Shown: positions 28,996 through 39,689, numbered from the stretch's first letter. The stretch is 64,000 nucleotides of DNA from a bacterium (GCA_965221165.1 CBDCRP010000002.1:96001-160000), one strand, 5' to 3'. The notes: generated by a model not told the origin, from the sequence alone. A program made the numbers and translations.

Positions 28996-30407
28996 GGTAA
29001 AGTCCTAAACTTGCTGGAAACTTAAAAAGGGGTGCATCCTCGGCAGAGGAACCACAAAACCGTGCCGGTGAGCGCCGGCATCCAACCGAGGAGGCACCCC
29101 ATGCAGAAGAGAATACAAGCATCGATGCACACTCGCCAAGCCCTTTCCGCCCTGATCGAAGGTCGCCTGTCGAGTCCCGATGCGCGAGCCGACCTGATCA
29201 AACTGGCCACGCGACTCATCGTCGAAGAGGCGCTGGAAGCGGAGAGCCGCGACGTTCTGGGCCGGGAATACTACGAACACGGAGCGAAGCCCGGCCAGGG
29301 CTACCGCAACGGGCGCCGTCGGGGTCGTCTGAAGACGGCGGAAGGGTTCATCGAGTATGCGGCCCCGCAGATTGCCGGGCGCGAGGAAGGATTCCGCTCG
29401 GATATCCGGGAGGGCCTCAAGGGGCGCACGGAGGCGCTCGAGGGGTTGGCGGTGGAGCTATTGGCGCGCGGCCTGTCGGTGCGCGACATCGAAGACGTCT
29501 TCACCGACGAGAGCGGTCGTTTTCTGCTCTCACGCACGGCGGTCTCGGAGCTCGGGGACCGACTCTGGGAAGACTATCAGGAGTTTGCGTCGCGGGACCT
29601 GGGCGAGCACGACATCGTCTATCTGTTCATCGACGGGATTGCCGAACGGATCCGCCCGGGGAGCAAGCGCGAGCCGGTATTGGCGGCCTGGGGATTCACG
29701 GCGAACGGCGCAAAGGTCCTGCTGCACCTGATGGCGGGGTCGAAGGAGGACGCCGAGACGGTGAGCGCGTTCTTCCACGACATGCGCGCCCGCGGCCTGG
29801 GCGACCCGCTGCTGGTGGTCAGCGACGGGGCGCCCGGCATCATCAAAGCGATCGAGACCTGCTTCCCGCGCTCGGAACGACAACGCTGCCTCGCGCACCG
29901 GATGAGGAACCTCGCGGCCAAGGCGCCCGAGGACCTATGGCCCGAGTTCAAGGCGCGGGCCACGGCGGCCTACCAGGCCCCCTCGCGCGCCATCGCACGA
30001 GAACTGGCCGAGGGACTCGCCAGGGACTACGAGTCCGAACTGCCCGGCGCCGTGGCGTGCTTCCGCGACGACTTCGAAGCCTGCATCGCGCACCTGCGGG
30101 CGCCGGTCAACCACCGCCGAGCCGTGCGCACCACGAACCTGCTGGAGCGCTTGTTCGTCGAGGAGCGCCGGCGGATGAAGATCATCCCCAACGCCTTCGA
30201 TGAGAAGCCGGTGCTCAAGCTCATGTTCGCCGCCATGATCCGGGCCGCCGAGCGATGGCGGGCGCTCAAGGTCACCGGCTTCGAGCGACGCCAGATGGAC
30301 GCCCTGAGACGGGAACTGGACCAGAACTACGAGGCGGAAAACGACATCAGGAAACCCTCAGCCGATATGCGCCAGAAGAAATTATCCAGCATTTACAGGA
30401 CTTGACC
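28996..30407 (+). mobile_element. IS256-family insertion sequence, 1412 bp, with 9-bp target duplication
   Basis: IRL GGTAAAGTCCTAAACTTGCTGGA versus IRR (reverse complement) GGTCAAGTCCTGTAAATGCTGGA. AACAATTTT at 28987-28995 and 30408-30416. Much higher GC than its flanks. Confidence 0.95.
29101..30405 (+). CDS. IS256-family DDE transposase
   Basis: YRNG, GLSVRDI, YLFIDG, VVSDGAPG, QRCLAHRMRN, RTTNLLER. GGAGG RBS before ATG 29101. Confidence 0.95.
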   Translation: MQKRIQASMHTRQALSALIEGRLSSPDARADLIKLATRLIVEEALEAESRDVLGREYYEHGAKPGQGYRNGRRRGRLKTAEGFIEYAAPQIAGREEGFRSDIREGLKGRTEALEGLAVELLARGLSVRDIEDVFTDESGRFLLSRTAVSELGDRLWEDYQEFASRDLGEHDIVYLFIDGIAERIRPGSKREPVLAAWGFTANGAKVLLHLMAGSKEDAETVSAFFHDMRARGLGDPLLVVSDGAPGIIKAIETCFPRSERQRCLAHRMRNLAAKAPEDLWPEFKARATAAYQAPSRAIARELAEGLARDYESELPGAVACFRDDFEACIAHLRAPVNHRRAVRTTNLLERLFVEERRRMKIIPNAFDEKPVLKLMFAAMIRAAERWRALKVTGFERRQMDALRRELDQNYEAENDIRKPSADMRQKKLSSIYRT

Positions 30408-30576
30408 AACAATTTTAGATACTTCATGAAACTCCCGGTATTTACCCGAATCGCAGCGTCGGGAGATTGCATCATGTACGGCTTTTCCATACACTTCTGC
30501 CACTTTTTACGAAACCTGTAGTATATTAGTTAGTTTGAAGATGTTTTATTCATTTAAAGTGAGGATAGGCCAAGCC

Positions 30577-30897
30577 ATGGAATGTACGCTTTTAGAAGCA
30601 CCTATAGAATGTCATTTTGCATCGAAAGGCTCCAATGGCCAAAATAAGTGTTCATACAATGGGAATTCCTGCTTTCCCGTTGTGGAGGAATGCCTTTCAG
30701 GTGATGACCAGAAATCATGTGAACATATCGTAGAGTTTCCAAAAGGGACCTTTTGCGCTAAATTCCCCAACCCGGAAAATCGTTGGGAACGTGGCAGATG
30801 CCCCCTTGCCACGCATATCAAAGTGGACTTTGAAGCCCCTCTGGAGAAGAAACTAAACCCACTGAAGGCCTCGAAACGAGCTGCACGAGGAAATTAA
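30577..30897 (+). CDS. PxxKW-family cysteine-rich small protein
   Basis: Eight Cys, P-E-N-R-W variant of PxxKW, CPLATH and the KLNPLKASKRAARG C-terminus. Confidence 0.75.
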   Translation: MECTLLEAPIECHFASKGSNGQNKCSYNGNSCFPVVEECLSGDDQKSCEHIVEFPKGTFCAKFPNPENRWERGRCPLATHIKVDFEAPLEKKLNPLKASKRAARGN

Positions 30898-30915
30898 CTA
30901 TCAACTAACAAATTT

Positions 30916-30947
30916 GGGCATCACAAAACCGCTGTTTTGTGATGCCC
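30916..30947. terminator. Hairpin between the convergent PxxKW gene and ispH
   Basis: GGGCATCACAAAAC-CGCT-GTTTTGTGATGCCC. Confidence 0.7.
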
Positions 30948-30956
30948 CAACAGGTT

Positions 30957-32675
30957 TTATACGACCAAAAGAGCTAAAACCCCAGCAATGATAAATATCT
31001 GATCAGTGGCTACCTCCATGAGCCCACTATGACCGAGTATTTTTTGAGTATACCAGTAGAGGCATATCCCCGCATATATAACCGGAATAAGCATAACATA
31101 ACCAAAAAATGGAACGACCCATCCATTTATAGAAGCGGTAATGAGAGCAACAACCAATGCAACACAAATCACTCCCAAAAGCGCTTCAGTCTGTTCTTTT
31201 CCTAAAACAATCGGCAATGTCCTTTTGCCCACAATCCGATCACCTTGAATATCTCTCAGTTCCATTAAGCCAGTACGGAAAAAAATCAAACCGAAGGTAG
31301 CGAATATAGAAACTATCCAGCCAGTCGAAATCAACTGAAAATTTGCCAACGCGGGTAGAAATGCCATACTAAAGGTCCAGCCCAGTGCAAGTACCAGGAT
31401 TTTCAAGGAAGGAAAATTTATTACCCGACTTACAAGAGCGCGAGGTTCGAGCTTGAGACTACAAAAAATGGCCCAAGCTAAACCCACGACCATGATGCCC
31501 CCTGTCAAGTAGGAGATGCTTATGCCGAACACGATTGACACGAAAGCAGCAACCCCACCCAAAGACAATAATATGGTTTTGTGCTTTTCATAAAATTGAG
31601 CTCGATTGGGTTCGTTGTACCTATCCGCCTCATAGCTGATGCAACGATTTATTGTATGCGCGGCAAAAAGATAGAGTCCTGCCGTAATGGCGAGTTTCAT
31701 CGACAAGGGGAAACCACCCAATTTTGCTATAGCGATACTCCCCAATAGCGCAGACAAGAGAAGAAGCACATTTGCTCTCGACATCACCTTGAGAAAATCA
31801 AAAATCTTATCCGCGCCATTTTGGTTTGGATCGGGAATTGCTTCGATACGATTCACGACGCGCCGTATCATCCAATCCGGCGTGGAAGCGCCCGCCGTGA
31901 CTGCGATGTTTTTATATTTTTGCAAAAATTTCTCATCAATTTCATCTTCGGTTTCGATGAGAATCGAATCCGCCCCCCCTTCTTTCGCCACTTCTACCAA
32001 GCGGTTCGTGTTGCCGCTGTTGCGGCCTCCGACAACGACCATCAGATCGACATTGGGCGCTAGTTTTTTGACCTCTTCTTGACGAACTTCCGTCGCATCG
32101 CAAATCGTATTAAACATTTGAGCTTGGGGATATTTCCGCAAAATGGCCTCTTCCACATCTTTCCATTCGCGCATGTTGATAGTTGTCTGTGCAACCACCA
32201 CGACGGGGCGATCGCCGATATCAGGAAGATCGGATATATCTTCCATGCACGTGATCAAATGGCTGCCAGCTTCTGCATAACCTTTATGACCTTCCACCTC
32301 CGGGTGGCTTTTTTCTCCAATGATCACCGTAAAAGCACCCATGCGGGAATGTTTTCTAATGACTCCGTGCACCTTGGCGACCAGAGGACATGTTGCATCT
32401 CGAATCCCAGCGCCCGAATTTCTTAAACGATCGCGGACCTGCGGCGAGATGCCATGCGCCCGAATGACCACTAGGCTTGTACTATTCGGGGTTTTTTGAG
32501 GATCTGAGGGGAAAACGCTTTTCTCCTCCAACAACTCAACTGTTTGTGGATTATGAATCAATGGCCCATGCGTTAGGACTTCACCGGATGTGTGATTCGC
32601 TGTGTCCAAGGCAATATCGAGCGCTCTTTCGACTCCCCAGCAAAAACCAGCCGTCTTAGCTAGCTTGACTCTCAA
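30957..32675 (-). CDS. ispH: 4-hydroxy-3-methylbut-2-enyl diphosphate reductase fused to a UbiA-like membrane domain
   Basis: AGFCWGV, IHNPQ, DATCPLV, HPEV, TICDAT, TAGASTP, then about 8-9 TM segments with ELRDIQGDRIVGKRTLP. Confidence 0.92.
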   Translation of the reverse strand: MRVKLAKTAGFCWGVERALDIALDTANHTSGEVLTHGPLIHNPQTVELLEEKSVFPSDPQKTPNSTSLVVIRAHGISPQVRDRLRNSGAGIRDATCPLVAKVHGVIRKHSRMGAFTVIIGEKSHPEVEGHKGYAEAGSHLITCMEDISDLPDIGDRPVVVVAQTTINMREWKDVEEAILRKYPQAQMFNTICDATEVRQEEVKKLAPNVDLMVVVGGRNSGNTNRLVEVAKEGGADSILIETEDEIDEKFLQKYKNIAVTAGASTPDWMIRRVVNRIEAIPDPNQNGADKIFDFLKVMSRANVLLLLSALLGSIAIAKLGGFPLSMKLAITAGLYLFAAHTINRCISYEADRYNEPNRAQFYEKHKTILLSLGGVAAFVSIVFGISISYLTGGIMVVGLAWAIFCSLKLEPRALVSRVINFPSLKILVLALGWTFSMAFLPALANFQLISTGWIVSIFATFGLIFFRTGLMELRDIQGDRIVGKRTLPIVLGKEQTEALLGVICVALVVALITASINGWVVPFFGYVMLIPVIYAGICLYWYTQKILGHSGLMEVATDQIFIIAGVLALLVV

Positions 32676-32768
32676 TGGTAATCCCTCCTGAGCGAAATAT
32701 GGTCACTGCCCCGTTCACACCGATATAACATAGCTTTATTCCGACTCACATACAATATCTAATATAAA

Positions 32769-33329
32769 TCAGCTTTTATTTGAAAGGAAAGGGGGATCAA
32801 ACCAAGATTCAATAATGGGAGGCGAATTTTCGATTCGGTCGAGATCGAAGATACGAAACCACCCCCCGGCACCATCTAGAACTATCTCGCCGACAGCCCT
32901 CGGGAGATCGAATCGCTTCGGGCCACAACTACCGGGATTAAAAAACACAGTCCTATCAATCATTCTGCAAAGCGGTCGATGTGTATGACCGAATACCACC
33001 AAATCCACTTCGTCTTGTGCAAGAAGCGCTTTTAATTCCCGAGACGGTCCTTCTCGCTGCCAGACAATGTGCTGAATCATTATGCGCCAACCCGCCATAA
33101 TGGTTTTCGACTTCATTGGTGCCAAACCAGGTACATCCATATTCCCTGAAACACAAGTAACGGGAGCGATACATTCGAGTTCCGGCAATATGAAATCAGA
33201 ACAAACATCGCCAGCATGAATGATATGGTCCGCAGTTTGGCAAAACCCAACTACTTCCGAAGGAAGACGCCCATGCGTATCCGACAGCACGCATAACCTG
33301 ACACTCGAAGTCATTATATATCGCCCCAC
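32769..33329 (-). CDS. YfcE/MJ0936-family metallophosphoesterase
   Basis: SDTHG, HAGDV, GNMD, FGHTH, NPGS. Confidence 0.9.
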   Translation of the reverse strand: MGRYIMTSSVRLCVLSDTHGRLPSEVVGFCQTADHIIHAGDVCSDFILPELECIAPVTCVSGNMDVPGLAPMKSKTIMAGWRIMIQHIVWQREGPSRELKALLAQDEVDLVVFGHTHRPLCRMIDRTVFFNPGSCGPKRFDLPRAVGEIVLDGAGGWFRIFDLDRIENSPPIIESWFDPPFLSNKS

Positions 33330-33514
33330 ATGGTTCTTCAGCGCAAGATGCTAGATAGAACTCTCGTTTCCGCAAGATGAATCAGAGGTGCATGCCCCTC
33401 AAGTAGGATAATCGCAATTTGCGTTCTTACCCATAAAACCCTCGAGACCCTCATGTCCCATTGTTCCCACCATTTAAGAAGCCAATCAATACATATCCAA
33501 AACACAAGAAAATG

Positions 33515-34375
33515 TTAACTTTTCGACCTTCCTCCCAACACGATACCGATTAAAATGCTCGTACAAGCGAGGAGGCGACTGAGCGTAGGAACTTCATGGA
33601 GCAACCACCATGCTAATGCCGTGGCCACTAGCGGCTCCCCAACAACGGCAAGCGCCACTTTCCCCGGATACAGATGCCCTAACGCATAATTGATGGATGT
33701 GTGCCCTACCAATGTCGGACCGAGTATCATGGCGACCAAGAGTAGCCAGGTATTTTGCGAATATCCGCCAAGAGGATGCTCCAGAATTAAGGCAGCGCCC
33801 AAAAGCAAGACGCCGCTAAAACCATAACAACCCGTCACATACGTCGCTACGGCAATTTTCTTTCTCAGCTTTCGTCCACATAACATATAGGCAGAGGCCA
33901 TGACAGCTGCGGACAACGCAAGAGAATTTCCCCAAAAGCTGCCTTCCCAGCCCACAAAGTCGGAATAAGCCAACATTGCGCTGCCCCCGATCGCCATTAG
34001 CACACCCAACCAAAAATTCCGTCCCTCTTTCTCACCCAATAGAAAGATTCCGCCGATACCTGCAAATATGGGGTTGGTCGTCGCAAGCACGACGGAGCTC
34101 GCTACAGATGTATGTGACAGCGATTCTATCCAAAGCGCAAAATGAAACGCCAAAAATATACCGGAACCCGCCCAAATGATCTTTTCTTTACTCGACAAGG
34201 CTTTCCATGCGTCGATAGTGCTCTGTACCGTAAACGGCAACAACATTAAAGCGCCACCACACATGCGATATGTCGCTATCGCTAAAGGTTCGGCATCCGC
34301 CAATCGTATGAGAATCGCAGAACAACCAAGGGCAATGACCCCTACGAACAAATAGAAATAAACGGGAATTTTCAT
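33515..34375 (-). CDS. DMT/EamA family transporter
   Basis: Ten TM segments; HFALWIESLSHTSVASS, LVGHTSINYAL, GEP. Confidence 0.9.
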   Translation of the reverse strand: MKIPVYFYLFVGVIALGCSAILIRLADAEPLAIATYRMCGGALMLLPFTVQSTIDAWKALSSKEKIIWAGSGIFLAFHFALWIESLSHTSVASSVVLATTNPIFAGIGGIFLLGEKEGRNFWLGVLMAIGGSAMLAYSDFVGWEGSFWGNSLALSAAVMASAYMLCGRKLRKKIAVATYVTGCYGFSGVLLLGAALILEHPLGGYSQNTWLLLVAMILGPTLVGHTSINYALGHLYPGKVALAVVGEPLVATALAWWLLHEVPTLSRLLACTSILIGIVLGGRSKS

Positions 34376-34425
34376 GGTTCTAAAAACCAGATTGCGATGG
34401 AGTGATACCCAGCCACGGAAATTGC

Positions 34426-35208
34426 CTAAAAATCATCCATGAACTTCGAGATAAGACCCCCTACTATTTCTGCCTGCTCCAACATTACCATGTGACCAGA
34501 TTGTGGGATAATAGATAATTTCGCATTCTGAATCTTGGCGGACATAAACTGCGAGTATTTCGGAGGCGTTAACAAGTCATCTTCTCCACATAGGATCAAA
34601 GCGGGCGTGGTGATGGATTCCAACTCGGAGAGCACATCAAACTGATTGCACGCAATGAAATCACCGTGCAAAGTATCCACTTGGCATTTCAACAAACTAC
34701 GAGCGCCCTCCCGGACTAGAGATGGATCCGCTGTTGGGGAAAAAGCATAACCAATAATTTCATCCACGGCTGCTTCGAAATCGCTTTTGACACCCTCTAA
34801 AATTGAATCTTTCACCCTCAGCTTCGCGCCGGAGCCAATGAGAATAACACCTCTAAATATTTTAGAATCCAGCAAAACACTTGCAAGAACTATGGCACCC
34901 CCCATTGAATGACCGGCTAGATAAACTGATTTCAATTTCTTGGCTTTTAAGAATTCAAGAACAATTCGGCTGTATTCTTCGATATCCGAGATTTGGGCTA
35001 CATCAGATTCACCGTGGCCGGGCAATTCCAGGGCCAGGCAGTTCACACCCTCTCCCGCCAATCTCCGCATCAAGGGAATCCAGCTTTCTCGATTCCCCCC
35101 GGCCCCATGAATGCACACAACAACATTACTTGAAACCTGGGGACCGGCCTCACAATAGGCGAGCCTGTAATCAGATAAACTCAGGGTACCTTGACGCAAC
35201 CAAGACAA
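34426..35208 (-). CDS. Alpha/beta-fold hydrolase
   Basis: HGAGG, LPGHGES, GHSMGG nucleophile elbow, GEDD, GHMVMLE. Confidence 0.92.
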   Translation of the reverse strand: MSWLRQGTLSLSDYRLAYCEAGPQVSSNVVVCIHGAGGNRESWIPLMRRLAGEGVNCLALELPGHGESDVAQISDIEEYSRIVLEFLKAKKLKSVYLAGHSMGGAIVLASVLLDSKIFRGVILIGSGAKLRVKDSILEGVKSDFEAAVDEIIGYAFSPTADPSLVREGARSLLKCQVDTLHGDFIACNQFDVLSELESITTPALILCGEDDLLTPPKYSQFMSAKIQNAKLSIIPQSGHMVMLEQAEIVGGLISKFMDDF

Positions 35209-35251
35209 GAAAAGAGCATCCTAAACTGTCGGCGAACTATGGATTAGAGAC

Positions 35252-35578
35252 TTAAAGGGCGCGATCGATAGCGGCCTTCAAATCGGCTTTGGATTTCACT
35301 CCTACTACCTGCTCTACAACCTCACCCCCTTTGAACAACATCAATGTTGGGATGCCGCGAATGCCGAATCTCGAGGGAACCGATGGATTCTCATCAATAT
35401 TCAACTTTCCGATACGCACTTTTCCTTCGTATTCTTGGGCAAGCGCTTCAACCGTAGGCGCAATCATTTTGCAAGGAGCGCACCATTCCGCCCAAAAATC
35501 GACCAATGTGGGCGTATCGGAACCGATTACGTCCGTCTCGAAGTTCTGGTCCGTAAACTCGAAAACACCTTCCGCCAT
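35252..35578 (-). CDS. trxA: Thioredoxin
   Basis: DFWAEWCAPCK, GIRGIPTL. Confidence 0.95.
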   Translation of the reverse strand: MAEGVFEFTDQNFETDVIGSDTPTLVDFWAEWCAPCKMIAPTVEALAQEYEGKVRIGKLNIDENPSVPSRFGIRGIPTLMLFKGGEVVEQVVGVKSKADLKAAIDRAL

Positions 35579-35847
35579 TTCCTTTCCTCCGGGATCCGAA
35601 ATTCATCAGGCTAGAAAAAATCGGTAACCCTTCGACAAGTATCGAAAAAAACATGTCAAATGTCTTTCATCACGGACGGACATGACTTTTCGACAAGTGA
35701 AACGTGGAGCATCATTCCTTATCGGCTATTCGGCGTCAACTCCACCTACCCAACTACATATCGGGTTTTCTTGGATTCGCGACCCCGGATCGGCTTGCCG
35801 CACAATTAAGGAAACGCCAACGGGTAAAACGAGGCGCATGCAAAAAT

Positions 35848-38829
35848 TCAGGATGTCTCCACCGGCTCTTCACCTGGAATCTCACTTACCAAAACCTGTC
35901 TTCTCTTCACTCCATCCGCCGGGCCGATGATTCCCTCTTGCTCCATGCGCTCAATCATGCGCGCCGCCCTATTATAACCGATCCGCAAATGTCTCTGAAT
36001 GAGAGAAATAGATGCTTCACGTGTCCTGGAGACGAGAGCGATTGCATCATCATACCTTTCATCATACCCTTCACCGCTATTAGATTCATTTGGAGATATA
36101 CTCTCCTCCTCTACGAACCAATCTTCCTGGAATATCGCTTCCCCCTGAGATTTCCAATGTGCGACCAATTGAAAAATCTCATTATCCGAAACATACGCCC
36201 CATGAATACGAACAGGAGTGCTGGACCCTGGCGGCACGAAAAGCATATCCCCCTTGCCCAACAGGCGTTCCGCCCCATTCGAATCCAGGATAGTTCGCGA
36301 GTCTGTACGAGTAGCGACGCGGAGCGCCATTCTGGACGGGAAATTCGCTTTGATCAGACCCGTGAGAACATCCACAGAAGGACGTTGGGTAGCTACAAGC
36401 AAATGGATTCCGGAAGCGCGGGCCATCTGGGCCAAGCGCGTCATCGACTCTTCCACTTCGCGTGGCGCGACCATCATCAGATCCGCCAATTCATCAATCA
36501 CCACAACGATATAAGGAAGGAAATCAAGGGAGGTATCGTCTTCGGACAGAGGTTCCTTCCATCTTCTATTCGCCTCTCGCTCACCCAATTGCTGCGCCAC
36601 AGAGTCATTGTAGCTTTGGATGTTCCTCACCCCCGCCTCACTCATCATCTTATAGCGTCGTTCCATCTCCGCTAGGACACCCCTTAGGCCTGCCGAGGCT
36701 TTCTTTGGATCTGTCACCACAGGCACGAGTTGATGAGGGATGCCTTCATATATCGACAACTCCAGCATTTTGGGGTCGATCATCAAAAAACGAACCTCTC
36801 TTGGCGTACACCTGGCCAAAAGACTACAAATCATCATGTTCAGAGCAACGCTTTTCCCTGCGCCGGTCGTACCCGCAATTAATAAATGCGGAATTTTAGC
36901 CAAATCGGTAAACGCCGTTCTGCCTAAAATATCTTTGCCCAAGCCCATCGTAAGTTTATCTTCGGCCTGCCTGAATTCCCCTGAGGAGAGCACTTCCTTT
37001 GCAAATACGGCATCGCGCTTGATGTTGGGAACTTCAATGCCTACAACCGATTTTCCAGGTATCGGAGCAACGATGCGGACACTCAGCGCGGATAAGGCTC
37101 GTGCGAGATCGTCTGCGAGGCCGGTAATTTTAGAAACCTTGATTCCCGGAGCAGGGTCATACTCGAAACTCGTAATGACCGGACCTGTTTTTACTTCCCT
37201 GACTTTTCCGACGACGCCAAATTCTTTCAGTGTTTGTTCGAGAAGCAAAGATTTCTCGCGTATGCCCGCTTCGTCTACTATCAGTCCGCCAGAGGGCGGA
37301 TCCGCAAAAATATCCATCGAGGGAAGAGCATATTCTTTCTTCGGCTCGGAGATTCGTTTAGCCCTTTGCTGATTTTCCGTCTGCGCATTGGAGCGGACCA
37401 GAGAATGGTCTTGAATCCGAACAACATCCGACTCGCCAACAGTTCCCGCGTGTCGGACTTTTACATCCGCTTGCAATTCTCCGCTTTCTGTTGAATCTTC
37501 AACACTAGTTGAAAGTTCATCGGGAAGCGCATCAGGTAATTCGCCAGGATCGAGAACCTCTCCCAACGTTGCGGGCGATATCTCGTTATCGCCATCAAGA
37601 TTTTTCCTCCGCTTAATCCGCAGACCGCCGGTCACCGATTTTCTTTCAGTTTTTACCTGTTTTACTCCATCATCGATATCCTCACCTGCCTTTGGCGTCT
37701 GCTCGTCCGTCACATTCGGAGGCAAGCCATTACGCGCTCCATCGCCGTCCGGGAGTAGATCATTATCATTCTGGAGAAGCGTTTCCAACACCGAGCCAGG
37801 CACTGCTTCATCGAAAAGACTCTTTGGGTTTTCGGTGAGTTCCAATTCCTCCTCGTTTGCCGCCGGGCCGCGTAGCGCCGGCAACTCCGGCTCTGGAAAT
37901 TTCTCTCCTCCAAACAACGAAGGGCCATTTTGCGGCGATAATCCAGAAACACGTCTGCTATTTTTTTGATTTGACGAGTAAGGGCTATTCGGTTCCAAAA
38001 TCAATTCGTCAATATCTTTTTTCGGGAGGTTTGGCGGCGGTTCTTTGCCATCTGGGCTATCCTGCCCGAAATATCCCGCCTCTGCACCCTCACCGTCGGC
38101 TATCGGCTCGGCATATCCGGCACATGATTCCTTCACGCGTAGAGATGCAGGGAAACCTAAGACTGCAGAAAACAGTTTTCGGGTTGCGAATACAGCGCCC
38201 CCGGCGATTGCGAGCACCATCCATTTGAATACCATAAAAATGCGCGATAAAAACCACCAATGCGCAATCGCCAATCCTGAAATCATTTTCTTGAATGAAA
38301 AACCCGTCATGCCGACAAACGAGGCCAGAAATACGGAACCAAGCAAAACCCAACTACCCGCACTGCCTAAATAGTCGCCCAGCAACTTCACGACGCCATA
38401 GCCGACAACTCCACCGGCTAACGTCGGCGCCCCAAAAAGAGGATCGACTTCAGATGCCTTGTAAAATAACCCCGAGGCGCTCAAAAGAAAGAACAAACCA
38501 ACCAGTTCACGCCAACCCGGCCGCCATGAGCGCAATCCCGCAAAGGCGGTTACGCCCCAAAAAAGGAATCCGATGGGCAGCAGAACCGAGAATGAGCCGA
38601 CCACATGAACCATTGCGCCGGCGACATTTGCACCTACGGCTCCCCCATAGTTTCGAATCTGCCATTTTTGATTGACGGATGAACCCCAAGACGGATCGCC
38701 AGAATGAAAAGTCCAAAGCGATATCGCCAGAAAAACCGCGAAACCAACCAAGGACAAACCTACGATTTCATTGGTTCTTTCGGGAAACGGGGATGGCTTA
38801 GCTTGGATACCCGAGCGACGAGTAGGCAT
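35848..38829 (-). CDS. ftsK: DNA translocase FtsK
   Basis: N-terminal 4TM domain, acidic linker, HLLIAGTTGAGKS, MIDPK, VVIDELADLM, ATQRPSVDV, gamma domain IQRHLRIGYNRAAR. Start set at MPTRR. Confidence 0.95.
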   Translation of the reverse strand: MPTRRSGIQAKPSPFPERTNEIVGLSLVGFAVFLAISLWTFHSGDPSWGSSVNQKWQIRNYGGAVGANVAGAMVHVVGSFSVLLPIGFLFWGVTAFAGLRSWRPGWRELVGLFFLLSASGLFYKASEVDPLFGAPTLAGGVVGYGVVKLLGDYLGSAGSWVLLGSVFLASFVGMTGFSFKKMISGLAIAHWWFLSRIFMVFKWMVLAIAGGAVFATRKLFSAVLGFPASLRVKESCAGYAEPIADGEGAEAGYFGQDSPDGKEPPPNLPKKDIDELILEPNSPYSSNQKNSRRVSGLSPQNGPSLFGGEKFPEPELPALRGPAANEEELELTENPKSLFDEAVPGSVLETLLQNDNDLLPDGDGARNGLPPNVTDEQTPKAGEDIDDGVKQVKTERKSVTGGLRIKRRKNLDGDNEISPATLGEVLDPGELPDALPDELSTSVEDSTESGELQADVKVRHAGTVGESDVVRIQDHSLVRSNAQTENQQRAKRISEPKKEYALPSMDIFADPPSGGLIVDEAGIREKSLLLEQTLKEFGVVGKVREVKTGPVITSFEYDPAPGIKVSKITGLADDLARALSALSVRIVAPIPGKSVVGIEVPNIKRDAVFAKEVLSSGEFRQAEDKLTMGLGKDILGRTAFTDLAKIPHLLIAGTTGAGKSVALNMMICSLLARCTPREVRFLMIDPKMLELSIYEGIPHQLVPVVTDPKKASAGLRGVLAEMERRYKMMSEAGVRNIQSYNDSVAQQLGEREANRRWKEPLSEDDTSLDFLPYIVVVIDELADLMMVAPREVEESMTRLAQMARASGIHLLVATQRPSVDVLTGLIKANFPSRMALRVATRTDSRTILDSNGAERLLGKGDMLFVPPGSSTPVRIHGAYVSDNEIFQLVAHWKSQGEAIFQEDWFVEEESISPNESNSGEGYDERYDDAIALVSRTREASISLIQRHLRIGYNRAARMIERMEQEGIIGPADGVKRRQVLVSEIPGEEPVETS

Positions 38830-38963
38830 ACACTGAATCCTATGATCCCACCCACACATAGAATGGGATATGCGTCCTCGGGCAGAGGAAAACCTCGAAA
38901 CGTTATCAAATTTAAGTGGGAAATGCAAGAAAAGTCTTAAGTTAATGAGTTTTGGTCCAGCAA

Positions 38964-39670
38964 TTAGTAACCGAGTTCTTTATCTATCACATTTTTCAGC
39001 GGAAGACCGTTCATGCGATTTTCATATTATTCGACAAAAATACGACATACATTTGGGATAAAGTCTCGAATCAAACCTGCAATGTGGGGAGTGATAATGA
39101 TGTATTTCGCCTTCCATAGTCGATTGTCATCAAGCAAAGGTTCATGCGAGAAAACATCTAAAAGCGGCTCCTGCTAAATGGTCATTGTTCAATGAACAAA
39201 TCAAATCCTTCTCGACTACAACTTCGCCTCGCGCCACATTGATGAGATAAGCGCTGGGCTTCATGGAGGCTATCGCATTCTCGTTTATTAAGTATTTCGT
39301 TTTCGGGGGATAGGGAATGGCTACAACAATGTAATCCGCACCTCGAAGAGCGCCCTTCATTCTTTTTTCTGTGAAGTGTGAATCCAAATCATCAATGCTC
39401 ACCTGATTTGAACGGCTCACACCAAGCACACACATGCCAAAGCGTTTGGCCTGACGGGTGATTTCACGCCCGATTGCCCCCATCGCAATTTGACACAGCG
39501 TTTTTCTTTCCAAAGCTCTCCAGCCCCATTTCTTCCATCTTCTTTCCCTTTGAAGGAGCACCCTCCACACCTGCCACACCCGGCTACGAAAATACCCGGC
39601 ACCTGTCGATTCAACTCTTCCACATATTGTTGATTATAAAGGCTTACCACCAAGACACCGTGCATCAAAA
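38964..39670 (-). pseudogene. Degraded D-2-hydroxyacid dehydrogenase
   Basis: MGAIGREI..LINVARG in one frame; after a shift near 39160 ALDVFSHEPL..ITPHIAG; after a second shift near 39010 GLPLKNVIDKELGY*. N-terminal domain largely missing. Confidence 0.85.
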
Positions 39671-39689
39671 GAGGAATCTCCTCACCACG

